Shown here one piece after another: positions 25,214 through 34,050 of a stretch of DNA of 64,000 nucleotides. The translations under genes and the position numbers were made by a program. The notes beneath the pieces were generated by a model. It was given only the letters and a program-made list of their open reading frames with translations, ran no database searches and had not been told where the DNA came from. Origin of the DNA: Chitinophagales bacterium (GTDB lineage Bacteria; Bacteroidota; Bacteroidia; Chitinophagales; S012-47); NCBI GenBank assembly GCA_015487695.1, contig WFPF01000103.1:19504-83503 (forward strand). The letters are read 5' to 3'. Each line of letters starts with the position of its first letter. Position 1 is the first letter of the stretch.

Positions 25214-26245
25214 TCAGGGTTTGTAAGCGCTCAGGCGGAGGATTTTCTGCCCGTTTTGCATTTGCATCAGCTCCGCAAGGCTGATATCCGGATTTTGCCA
25301 CATGAACTCCCGCACGATTTGCCAGCCTAGCCACGAGCCTACATTTCCAGGCGCTTCAGGTGGCATTCCCATGGTCGAAGGGCCGGTGCTGATGTAATGG
25401 CTCCCCCTGATCCGGTCGTTCATAAAAAGCCGGTCATCATCCAGAAAATAGGCCCAAATCTCCGATTCATTTTCCCTGCACCATTGCAGTTGCGCGGAGC
25501 TGTAGCCGATTTTTATGCTATCCGGTGTTTCGGGCAATGTCAGGTCGAGGTAGTAGAGCAGTTTCCCCTGATGGATCATGCGATCAAGAAGAAGATCGCT
25601 GGAAACGTCCGCGCCAAAATCATTCCGGGCCAGGCTCATCATGGCGTCCCGGACGATATATTCGGGGCTCATACGCCTCATGATGTATTTGGGATATCCC
25701 AAAGCAGGATAAAAAGTAAAATCCTTGCCCAGATACATATCCAGACCTATGCCAAGGAGGGAATCGTAGCAGGTAACCGCTCCATAGCGATATTCAGAGA
25801 CGAATGTAAAGACATCGGGAACCGGGCGCTCCGGAAGGTGATAGCGCATATACCGGAAGGCCTGATACAACTGTTCCTGCAAATCATCCAGGTCGGGGAA
25901 TGCCTTTGCCACGCTGTCCAGTGCCGCTTTAAATCCGGGATAATTGAGGTAGGCAGAGATTTCCTTCAGGTCGGATTTTCCTTCTCCGTTGCGGGGAATA
26001 AACCCCAGAATATTGGTGCTGTAGCATTCATAAATACCCGGATACTCCTGAGCCAGCCGCGGCAAAGGAGCATAGGGCCCGGTCGTATCTACCTCCCTCA
26101 ATATCTTGTCAAGCCGGATAAGATTCAGATCAATTTGGATGTGATCGACATCCGGCACCGGTATCTTACGTGCTTTCCTGCAGGATGCCTGGCCCACAAA
26201 GAGCAGGAGAAGCATGAGCAAAATTGTTTTATTTTTGATGTTCAT
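25214..26245 (-). CDS. gldB: Gliding motility lipoprotein GldB (probable)
   Basis: The lipobox is FVGQASC. The conserved blocks IGYSSAQLQWCRENESEIWAYF and PGNVGSWLGWQIVREFMWQNPDISLAELM match the GldB family as I recall it. Confidence 0.6.
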   Translation of the reverse strand: MNIKNKTILLMLLLLFVGQASCRKARKIPVPDVDHIQIDLNLIRLDKILREVDTTGPYAPLPRLAQEYPGIYECYSTNILGFIPRNGEGKSDLKEISAYLNYPGFKAALDSVAKAFPDLDDLQEQLYQAFRYMRYHLPERPVPDVFTFVSEYRYGAVTCYDSLLGIGLDMYLGKDFTFYPALGYPKYIMRRMSPEYIVRDAMMSLARNDFGADVSSDLLLDRMIHQGKLLYYLDLTLPETPDSIKIGYSSAQLQWCRENESEIWAYFLDDDRLFMNDRIRGSHYISTGPSTMGMPPEAPGNVGSWLGWQIVREFMWQNPDISLAELMQMQNGQKILRLSAYKP

Positions 26246-26287
26246 TTTAAAAAATATTCTCTAATAAACCGTCTAAAATGTAAAATT

Positions 26288-26947
26288 ATGAGAAAGGCTT
26301 TCTTCGCACTGATTTTTCTTCTTTCCTTTCAATTTCTCGATGCCCAACAATTCCGCTTTGGATTAACGGCTTCTCCCGAATTTAATTTTACACGCATTCT
26401 CGCCAGTGAAGTCGATCCCGGTGGTGTTTCTGTGGGCCTCAACTATGGATTGCTGGTCGATTTCACCCTCGGAGAAGTGGAAAGATATGCTTTCAGTACG
26501 GGTATTACCCATCGAATGGCCAATGTAACGCTTGACAATATTAAGCTTACGGATGCTTCGGTTGAATATACGGCTACCCAAACACTGAAGCTTCAGTACG
26601 TTGAAGTGCCCCTGACAATGCGTCTGCGCACCAATGAAGTCGGATACATCACCTATTACGGGCAGATGGGATTCGTACCGGGCATATTGATAGCCTCACG
26701 ATACGATCAGAAAGCAGATAACACAGATCCGAAATATAATTTCAAAAATCAAAAGAACAGTGAAACGGTAGGTGTCAACCTCTCTCTTCATATCGGAGGG
26801 GGAATTGAGTACTCTCTCGGGGGTGCCACAGCCGTCATGGCCGGCCTCTATTACAGCAACGGATTTACAAATATTTACAAGACCTCCTTTCTGGACGACA
26901 AGGTAAGTCTGAGAAATATAGGTCTTCGCCTGGGCATTCTCTTCTAA
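26288..26947 (+). CDS. Small outer-membrane beta-barrel protein (PorT/OMP_b-brl_2-like)
   Basis: This is the real gene at the 3' end of the long track ORF 25397-26947. It starts MRKAFFALIFLLSFQFLDAQ (ATG at 26288). It is 219 aa with an alternating strand pattern, and it ends ..GLRLGILF. Confidence 0.65.
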   Translation: MRKAFFALIFLLSFQFLDAQQFRFGLTASPEFNFTRILASEVDPGGVSVGLNYGLLVDFTLGEVERYAFSTGITHRMANVTLDNIKLTDASVEYTATQTLKLQYVEVPLTMRLRTNEVGYITYYGQMGFVPGILIASRYDQKADNTDPKYNFKNQKNSETVGVNLSLHIGGGIEYSLGGATAVMAGLYYSNGFTNIYKTSFLDDKVSLRNIGLRLGILF

Positions 26948-27053
26948 ATAGATCGCTTGAAATAGTAGACAAGAAAAGCTGATTTCCTGTGTTCCTGTTA
27001 ATAACGAGCAGGCCGTTATGCCGGTCTAAGGGGTATTTTCGATTCGGTATACC

Positions 27054-29129
27054 ATGAAAAACCCTATCGCTCATTCACTATCACTCACCTGGCTGGCCGG
27101 ATTGATCACTTTCGGGAGTTTTGGTGTATTGATGCTTTTTTTAGCCGGATGTCCGGCACCCGCCATTGCCCCCAATTTGCCGGCCATTAGCGAAGCATTT
27201 TTCTACCTGGGCACCTTTTTCCTTGTCAGGCAGCTGTTTGCAGGTCTCCGCACTTTTCACACGGTTGAACATTTGCTCCAGCTCAGTGTGCTCGGCCTGC
27301 TCACCCTTGTTTTACTTCTTCTTCCAGGCATTCTACTGCCTGAGGCATCTGCCACTGCAGCACCATCCCGCTGGGTTCTGATTCTTCAGGGCTTGCAGTC
27401 TGCCTTTCTCGTTTTCTACTTCACGGCCGGAACCGTTATGGTTTTTCAAATCATCAGCAGCCAGCGGCCTGCTGCCTCCCGCAAAGCACTTCTGCTCCTG
27501 AGTTCCTGCCTCGTGGCCCTGCCCGTATTGCAGGCAGCCGGATTGACATATCCGCTACTCAACTATGTACTGTTCGCTGTGGCCGGGGCGGCCGGCCTCT
27601 CACTGCTCTTCAAGGTAGACTGGCTGGTCGGCCTCGACAAGAAACTTCGAAAATCGACTCTCTTCTATCTGCTGGCACTTAGTTTTCTGAGCAGCATCAT
27701 TTTACTGAAGACTTACTTTCCCGAATCGGGCTATGAACTGCCCATACATATTTCGCAAAGCAGCTATGTGGCACTCAGCGGATTCCTGACCCTTGGATTC
27801 AGTCTGATTTCCGCATTGTTTCTTCTCTTCCATCTTCCGGTAGCGGCCATCCTCGATATCCGGGATGCCGAAAAAAAGCATCTTATCGAAGCAGGCCTCG
27901 AGGCGGAAAAGACCCATGACCTTCATACCCTTCTGTATACACTAGCCAGGCAAACCCGCAGTTCATCATCGGCAGATGCCGTCTGGCTTGCGCGTGTCAA
28001 CAACGAAGGCCCCGAAAATCAATATCCCTGCGTAGAAGGAATTTCCACGAATGACGTCAAAAGAATTGATTATTCGCTGCACGCCCACCCGGGCCACTTT
28101 CAGCTCGACCGGGCCAAGGACTTTCTTTTCATCCGCGACCTTGACAAAGATCCGGTACTGGGCAGTCATGTGCTTTCCATTCGCTCACTGGCCATCTATC
28201 CTTTCACATTGCAGGATGGCAGCGAATGGCGCCTCTATCTCGGATTTGAATCGCCCAACGGACTGAATGAACACCTTGCGCGCGAGGTCAGCCACTTCGT
28301 TGGCCACACGCGGCTTTCGGCCAGTCATGTATGCTCGCTGCAGGAAGTAGCCGGCAAGGCGCGGCTCGAAAAAGACATTGCCATCGGCAGGGAAATGCAA
28401 AAACGCCTGCTGCCGAAGGAATTTCCGCTGAGTAAAAAAACAGATATAGCAGCCGCCAGCATTTCTGCCGAAGAAATAGGAGGCGACTACTACGATTGCC
28501 ATGTGATGAGTGACCAGTCCATAGCCGTACTCATGGCCGATGTGTCGGGCAAAGGCACCTCGGCTGCATTGCATGTGGCCGAAATGAAAGGCATCTTTCA
28601 GTCGCTGATGCTGAGCGAACCGGAACCCGAAAAGTTTCTTTCTCTGGCCAATCGGGCCGTCAATCAGTGCTTCGACAAGGGCATGTTTATCACCGTGCTC
28701 TATGCCGTGATCGATCTCAATAAACTGGAATTGCGCTACGTACGCGGAGGGCACTGCCCGCTCATACATTACAATGCCAAAGAACATAAAATACATACGC
28801 TGCAGGATGACGGACTCGGCCTTGGAATCATCAATGGGGAAAGCTTTGACAAAACCCTGATGAGCCGCACCGTAAAGCTGCATGCCGGAGATATCATCGT
28901 TTTGTACACAGACGGCATTGTAGAGTCGAGAAATACCGATGACTTTGAAGAGTTTGGCTATGAAAGACTTCGTGATTGCATTTACCTCAACATGGAGCTG
29001 GACAGCAAAAGCCTGAATAAAAAAATACTGCGGGAGGTGCAATCCTTCAGCAACAGCAGCATAAGGGATGACATGAGCCTGATGACCATCAAAATCAAGG
29101 CGAACGGCCAGAATAAAAATCAACTTTAA
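27054..29129 (+). CDS. Membrane-bound sensor PP2C phosphatase (SpoIIE/RsbU family)
   Basis: The first 270 aa or so contain about 8 hydrophobic helices. A central GAF-like region follows. The C-terminal SpoIIE motifs are GGDYYDCH, LMADVSGKGTSAALHVAEMKG and VLYTDGIVESRN. Confidence 0.85.
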   Translation: MKNPIAHSLSLTWLAGLITFGSFGVLMLFLAGCPAPAIAPNLPAISEAFFYLGTFFLVRQLFAGLRTFHTVEHLLQLSVLGLLTLVLLLLPGILLPEASATAAPSRWVLILQGLQSAFLVFYFTAGTVMVFQIISSQRPAASRKALLLLSSCLVALPVLQAAGLTYPLLNYVLFAVAGAAGLSLLFKVDWLVGLDKKLRKSTLFYLLALSFLSSIILLKTYFPESGYELPIHISQSSYVALSGFLTLGFSLISALFLLFHLPVAAILDIRDAEKKHLIEAGLEAEKTHDLHTLLYTLARQTRSSSSADAVWLARVNNEGPENQYPCVEGISTNDVKRIDYSLHAHPGHFQLDRAKDFLFIRDLDKDPVLGSHVLSIRSLAIYPFTLQDGSEWRLYLGFESPNGLNEHLAREVSHFVGHTRLSASHVCSLQEVAGKARLEKDIAIGREMQKRLLPKEFPLSKKTDIAAASISAEEIGGDYYDCHVMSDQSIAVLMADVSGKGTSAALHVAEMKGIFQSLMLSEPEPEKFLSLANRAVNQCFDKGMFITVLYAVIDLNKLELRYVRGGHCPLIHYNAKEHKIHTLQDDGLGLGIINGESFDKTLMSRTVKLHAGDIIVLYTDGIVESRNTDDFEEFGYERLRDCIYLNMELDSKSLNKKILREVQSFSNSSIRDDMSLMTIKIKANGQNKNQL

Positions 29130-29141
29130 AAAGGAGAAAAA

Positions 29142-29483
29142 ATGGAAATAATCAGCAAACTCAGCGAAGACGCCCTGAAAATCTCCCTAGTGGGAGAATT
29201 GGATGCCAACGGGGCCATCAACCTCGACCGAATCATCAGCAAAGCCATTGCTGACGGATACTACAAGATTGCCGTGGACTGCAGGCAACTCGAATATATT
29301 TCTTCAGCCGGACTGGGAGTTTTTATCAGCTACATCAGTGAGCTGAAAAGCCACAACGGGAAATTTGTATTCTATCACCTCCGCGAAAACGTGGAAAGTG
29401 TTTTCAATATCCTGGGCCTTCAAAAAGTAGTAGCTATCACCCATGATTTTACCCAGGCCAAAAATCAACTCCATGAAGTCTGA
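29142..29483 (+). CDS. STAS domain anti-sigma-factor antagonist (RsbV/SpoIIAA-like)
   Basis: It is 113 aa. LKISLVGELDANGA ... DCRQLEYISSAGLGVFI contains the conserved phosphorylatable serine context. It is one of the few genes here with an SD-like AGGAG upstream. Confidence 0.85.
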   Translation: MEIISKLSEDALKISLVGELDANGAINLDRIISKAIADGYYKIAVDCRQLEYISSAGLGVFISYISELKSHNGKFVFYHLRENVESVFNILGLQKVVAITHDFTQAKNQLHEV

Positions 29484-29886
29484 ATTTACTACCCCCTGCA
29501 CGCCTTCCAAACTGGCGGATATCAGACGATTTCTTTATTCCACGCTGGCCCGGTTTAAAGTGGCCGAAGGAGTCAAACACGAAATCGTACTGGCCGTGGA
29601 TGAAGCCTGTGCCAACGCCATCATCCACGGCAACAACTGCGACATCAGCAAGGTCCTGCGCCTCGAAGTGCGCAAGGAAGAAAGGCAGCTCACGGTCGAA
29701 ATCAGTGATGTGGGAGTGATTGACAACAATGAACTGGATGATGCCATGGACAAATCGCTGGATGAGCTGATCCGGGAGAGAAAAGCCGGTGGCCTGGGCC
29801 TGAAACTCATTTATTCACTCATGGATGAGGTCAATTATTTTGCACGCGACAACACGAATATCTGCAGCCTGCGAAAAAAGCTCTAA
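29473..29886 (+). CDS. Anti-sigma regulatory factor, GHKL Ser/Thr kinase (RsbW/SpoIIAB-like)
   Basis: It has the N-box LAVDEACANAIIHGN and the G-box AGGLGLKLIYSLMDEV. I chose the start at MKSEF, which overlaps the STAS gene by 11 nt; the track ORF starts at 29443. Confidence 0.8.
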   Translation: MKSEFTTPCTPSKLADIRRFLYSTLARFKVAEGVKHEIVLAVDEACANAIIHGNNCDISKVLRLEVRKEERQLTVEISDVGVIDNNELDDAMDKSLDELIRERKAGGLGLKLIYSLMDEVNYFARDNTNICSLRKKL

Positions 29887-29898
29887 CACCGGGAAGTT

Positions 29899-30831
29899 CT
29901 AATTGAAAATTTGATAGACCCCCGTAATCTTTCCACCCTGGCGTACCGGAAGCGCTGTGATTTTTCTTTCTTTCATCAGGGCCTCTGCTTCACTCAGGGC
30001 CATCGACTCTTCGACTACGACCGGATTTCGGGTTACGATTTTTTTCAGGTCCATTTCCTTCATCGACCCGAAGCGAACCAGCCCCCTGCGGAAATCGCCA
30101 TCCGTAATTATACCTTCGAGATTTCCGGCCGTGCCCACCAGCGCCAGCCCCAGTTTGCCCTCGCTCATCCTGATGAGCAGCTCCTCGGGTTCGATATCCA
30201 TAGGGACGAAAGGAAGCCGCTCTCTTCGCATGGCTTCACCCACGGTGGTCAGGAGTTTATGCCCGAGTTTTCCTCCCGGATGAAATCGTGCAAATTCTTT
30301 TACCTCAAAATGCCGGGCCTCCATTAAAGCCACGGCCAGGGCATCGCCCAGCACCAGCGCAGCGGTGGTCGAGGTGGTGGGTGCCAGTTGCAGCGGGCAG
30401 GCTTCGGCAGGAACAGCGGCATTTAAAACAATATCGGCATGGCACGCCAGGGTCGACCCGGGGCTGCCCGTGATGGCTATGGTCATGTTACCGTGCTCCT
30501 TGAGGTAGGCCAGCAATCGAAGAATTTCTTCGGTCTCACCGCTGTAGCTCAGCAGAAGCAGAATATCCGCATCATCTATCATTCCGAGGTCACCGTGCAG
30601 AGCCTCTGCCGGATGCAGGAAAAAGGCCGGGGTGCCTGTGGAGGCCAGCGTAGAAGCAATTTTTTGGCCTATCTGCCCCGATTTCCCCATGCCGCTTACT
30701 ATCAGTTTGCCCTTCCCCGACAATATTTCTCCGATGGCCCTGTCAAACTGCCCGTCAATGTTTTCGGCCAACGCCTTGAGGCCTTCCATTTCCGTACGGA
30801 TGGTGTTTCGTGCGATTTCCTGATATTTCAT
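29899..30831 (-). CDS. kdsD: Arabinose-5-phosphate isomerase (KpsF/GutQ family: SIS + 2 CBS)
   Basis: The SIS motif is LIVSGMGKSGQIGQKIASTLASTGTPAFFLHPAEALHGDLG. There is a C-terminal CBS pair. It is adjacent to kdsA and kdsC. Confidence 0.9.
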   Translation of the reverse strand: MKYQEIARNTIRTEMEGLKALAENIDGQFDRAIGEILSGKGKLIVSGMGKSGQIGQKIASTLASTGTPAFFLHPAEALHGDLGMIDDADILLLLSYSGETEEILRLLAYLKEHGNMTIAITGSPGSTLACHADIVLNAAVPAEACPLQLAPTTSTTAALVLGDALAVALMEARHFEVKEFARFHPGGKLGHKLLTTVGEAMRRERLPFVPMDIEPEELLIRMSEGKLGLALVGTAGNLEGIITDGDFRRGLVRFGSMKEMDLKKIVTRNPVVVEESMALSEAEALMKERKITALPVRQGGKITGVYQIFN

Positions 30832-30844
30832 ATAGCATCAATCA

Positions 30845-31624
30845 TTATAAAAATAAGCGGTCCAGAATGCCCTCGAGCTGCTCCAGCCTGATCTGGTTGG
30901 CTCCGTCACTGAGGGCATTGTCAGGGTCGGGGTGTGTTTCCATAAAAAAGGCATCGGCTCCCCAAACTTTTGCACTGTAGGCCATCAGCGGTGCGTATTC
31001 CCGGTCTCCTCCGGTCTGCCCACCGGCAGCCCCCGGACGCTGTACACTGTGCGTACAATCCATCACTACCGGATAACCGAATTTCTTCATCTCTGCAATA
31101 TTCCGGAAGTCAACCACGAGATTGTTGTAGCCATAGACATTGCCTCTTTCGGTCAGCAGGATTTGCCCATTGCCGGCCGATCGAACTTTCTCGGCAGGAT
31201 AATACATATCCGCTCCGCTCAGAAACTGTGCTTTTTTGATATTGACGATTTTCCCTGTCTGTGCAGCCGCATGAAGGAGATCGGTCTGGCGACAGAGGAA
31301 GGCCGGTATCTGAAGGACATCGGCCACTTCGGCCACCGGAGCTGCCTGCTTCGTCTCGTGAATGTCGGTAAGAATGGGAAGCGAAAACTCTTTTTTTATC
31401 CGGGCCAGCATTTGAAGTCCGGCTTCCATTCCGGGACCTCTGAAAGCAGCGGCAGAAGTACGGTTGGCCTTGTCATAGCTGGCTTTGAAGATAACAGGAA
31501 TGCCATATTTCTGCTCCAGACGTTTGAGCTCGCGGGCTACAGTTGTCAGCAATTCCGCTGATTCGATCACGCACGGTCCAGCGATCAAAAAACTGTTTTT
31601 CTTTAAAGTGCTGTAGGCTATCAT
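30845..31624 (-). CDS. kdsA: 3-deoxy-8-phosphooctulonate (KDO-8-P) synthase
   Basis: AGPCVIES, FKASYDKANRTS, LQIPAFLCRQTDL and DCTHSVQRPG are typical of KdsA. Confidence 0.93.
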   Translation of the reverse strand: MIAYSTLKKNSFLIAGPCVIESAELLTTVARELKRLEQKYGIPVIFKASYDKANRTSAAAFRGPGMEAGLQMLARIKKEFSLPILTDIHETKQAAPVAEVADVLQIPAFLCRQTDLLHAAAQTGKIVNIKKAQFLSGADMYYPAEKVRSAGNGQILLTERGNVYGYNNLVVDFRNIAEMKKFGYPVVMDCTHSVQRPGAAGGQTGGDREYAPLMAYSAKVWGADAFFMETHPDPDNALSDGANQIRLEQLEGILDRLFL

Positions 31625-31627
31625 GCT

Positions 31628-32158
31628 TTATTCTTCTGTTTTTTCAACGGCACGGTCAAACTGGTTCATAAACTCCTCCCATCGCCCCCGGTCTTTCAGT
31701 ATGCGTTCGCCCAGCTCACGCACCACACCCTGACCGCCCCTTTGCTCAAGGACAAGGTCCGATCTCTTTTTCACTTCCTCATCCGCATCGGCCGGACAGG
31801 CGGCCACTCCTGCCAGCGCCATTGCAGGCAGATCGATCAGATCATCACCCACATAGGCTATGTGGTCAAAAGCCACGTCATAGTCAGCAGCGAATTTCAT
31901 CAATGCCGATTTCTTGTTCATGCACTTCTGTACCAGGAATTCCACCCCCAGTTCCTTCATTCTTCGCTCCACCAAGCGGCTGCTGCGGCCCGTGATGGCT
32001 CCAAATCGAAATCCCATATCCGACATTCTTTTGATTATCAGGCCATCGCGCACATGAAAGGCTTTCCACTCATTACCGCTTTCGTCATAATATATGCGTC
32101 CATCGGTCAAAACTCCGTCCACATCAAAAAGGATTGCTTCTATTCTTTTCAGGTCCAT
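31628..32158 (-). CDS. kdsC: KDO-8-phosphate phosphatase (HAD-IIIA, YrbI family)
   Basis: It has FDVDGVLTDGRIYY, VRDGLIIK and YVGDDLIDLP. I trimmed it to MDLKRIEA (ATG at 32158). Confidence 0.85.
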   Translation of the reverse strand: MDLKRIEAILFDVDGVLTDGRIYYDESGNEWKAFHVRDGLIIKRMSDMGFRFGAITGRSSRLVERRMKELGVEFLVQKCMNKKSALMKFAADYDVAFDHIAYVGDDLIDLPAMALAGVAACPADADEEVKKRSDLVLEQRGGQGVVRELGERILKDRGRWEEFMNQFDRAVEKTEE

Positions 32159-32225
32159 GTGTTTTTTTTCAAAAAACTTAATAAATGAGTCCGCCACATA
32201 ACGCAAGCTAGTGGATAAATCCTAT

Positions 32226-33881
32226 TCATGACAAATATTTGGCAACAATTGGCATCCTTCTGCCCATGCCGAAGGCCTTGGGCGAAACCCGCAAAACGGG
32301 GGCAAATTGATAGCGTTTATATTCATTTCGATTGACCATACTGAGCACGCGCGCCACCAGTTCCCGCTCAAATCCCATGGCAACGATTTCTTCGGGGCCC
32401 TTCTCCCGTTCAATATAGGCGTGTAACACCTGATCGAGCAAATCGTATGGCGGCAGGGTATCCTGATCGCTCTGCCCGGGCCTCAGTTCGGCCGAAGGAA
32501 CTTTTTCAATAATGCTCCGGGGGATGATTTCCTTTTCGCGGTTGATCCAGCGGGCCATGTCATAGACCTCCGTTTTGTAGAGGTCGCCAATCACCGACAG
32601 TCCACCGGCCATGTCACCGTAGAGGGTTCCGTAGCCTACGGCCAGTTCACTTTTATTGCTTGTGTTCAGGAGGATATAGCCGAATTTATTGGACAGGGCC
32701 ATCAGATAGTTGGCCCGGATACGGGCCTGCAGGTTTTCTTCGGTGACATCAAAGGGCCGGTCTTCGAAGTGGGGCTTCAAGACATCAAGATAGGCATGAT
32801 ACACATCCGTAATCGGGATGACCCGGTGTTCGCAGCATACGTTGCCGGCCAGGCAGCGGGCATCACTCACCGAACCTTCGGAAGAAAACATCGAAGGCAT
32901 GAGAATGGCATGAACGTTTGAAGCACCGAGGGCCTCTACCGCCAGCACAAGCGTCAGAGCCGAGTCGATGCCTCCCGAGAGCCCCAGTATGGCCTCGCGG
33001 AATCCCAGTTTAAAGAAATAATTTCGAATGCCTTCAATCAAGCCTTTGTACACCACTGCATTTTTATCCCAAAGCTGCTCGCGGTCACTCTCCATCGGAT
33101 TGGCGGCTTCAAAGCAGTCGTCCCACTGGTGATAGCGGATGCACTCCTCAAAATAAGGCAGTTCGTCCACGATCTTCGCAGCATCATTGATCAGCATAGA
33201 CCCTCCGTCAAAAAGCAGTTCGGTTTGTGCCCCGCTGTGATTCACATAAATGAGCGGAATGCCGTACGCCTTGACATTGTCCCTCAGCACATTCTTTCTT
33301 TCGGCTGTATGGCCGTGGGCAAAAGGAGAGGCTGCAATGTTGATCATAATCTCAGGTTCCTGCTTCATAAGTTCCTCCATCGGATTGATGGTATAAAGCG
33401 GGTTTTCGTTGCCTATATTCCACAGATCTTCGCAAATGGTCAAAGCAATGCGCTTTCCTTTGAAGCGGATGATCCGGAATTCGCGCGAGGGTTCAAAATA
33501 GCGGTACTCATCAAATACGTCATAGGTCGGCAAAAGGGCCTTGCGGACCACCTCCCTGACCTCTCCGCCTTCGAGAAACCAGGCGGAATTGTAAAGGTCT
33601 TTCCCTTCGGGCACGGGGTTCCGTTCGGGTGAGCCCACAATGACCGCCAAGCCTTTCTCCCCGCTGTATCGCGCCAGTTCGGCAATACTCTGATCGCACC
33701 TCTCGATAAAATCACCGAACTCCAGAAAATCGCGCGGAGGATAGGCCGGGACTGCAAGCTCGGGGAAAATAATCAGGTCGGCAGCGGCCCCAGCAGCCTC
33801 GTCTATGGCCTCTTTCATCTTCCTGAGGTTGCCTTCAAAATGCCCTACATGAAAGTTGAGCTGTGCAAGTGCAAATTTCAT
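32226..33881 (-). CDS. nadE: Glutamine-dependent NAD+ synthetase
   Basis: The N-terminal nitrilase/CN-hydrolase domain has FPELAVPAYPPRD and LTICEDLW. The C-terminal NAD synthetase domain has the ATP-PPase motif LGLSGGIDSAL. Confidence 0.93.
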   Translation of the reverse strand: MKFALAQLNFHVGHFEGNLRKMKEAIDEAAGAAADLIIFPELAVPAYPPRDFLEFGDFIERCDQSIAELARYSGEKGLAVIVGSPERNPVPEGKDLYNSAWFLEGGEVREVVRKALLPTYDVFDEYRYFEPSREFRIIRFKGKRIALTICEDLWNIGNENPLYTINPMEELMKQEPEIMINIAASPFAHGHTAERKNVLRDNVKAYGIPLIYVNHSGAQTELLFDGGSMLINDAAKIVDELPYFEECIRYHQWDDCFEAANPMESDREQLWDKNAVVYKGLIEGIRNYFFKLGFREAILGLSGGIDSALTLVLAVEALGASNVHAILMPSMFSSEGSVSDARCLAGNVCCEHRVIPITDVYHAYLDVLKPHFEDRPFDVTEENLQARIRANYLMALSNKFGYILLNTSNKSELAVGYGTLYGDMAGGLSVIGDLYKTEVYDMARWINREKEIIPRSIIEKVPSAELRPGQSDQDTLPPYDLLDQVLHAYIEREKGPEEIVAMGFERELVARVLSMVNRNEYKRYQFAPVLRVSPKAFGMGRRMPIVAKYLS

Positions 33882-33917
33882 AGTGCCGGATTACTGAATT
33901 AATCGGATCGTTCAGGG

Positions 33918-33925
33918 CAAAGTTA
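33918..33925 (-). promoter_or_regulatory. -7 promoter box TAACTTTG, 36 nt upstream of the nadE ATG (33881)
   Basis: It is an exact TAnnTTTG match in the intergenic region. It would head the nadE-kdsC-kdsA-kdsD co-directional block. Confidence 0.5.
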
Positions 33926-34050
33926 AGATTAATCGTTATGAGATCACCGGGCTGTAGCGGAAGCAAGGCAAATGCATGAATGAAGTGAACAAATGCTGTT
34001 TGAGAGACAAACAATAATGTGCTTTCTTCAGTATATTACTAAAGCGAATT

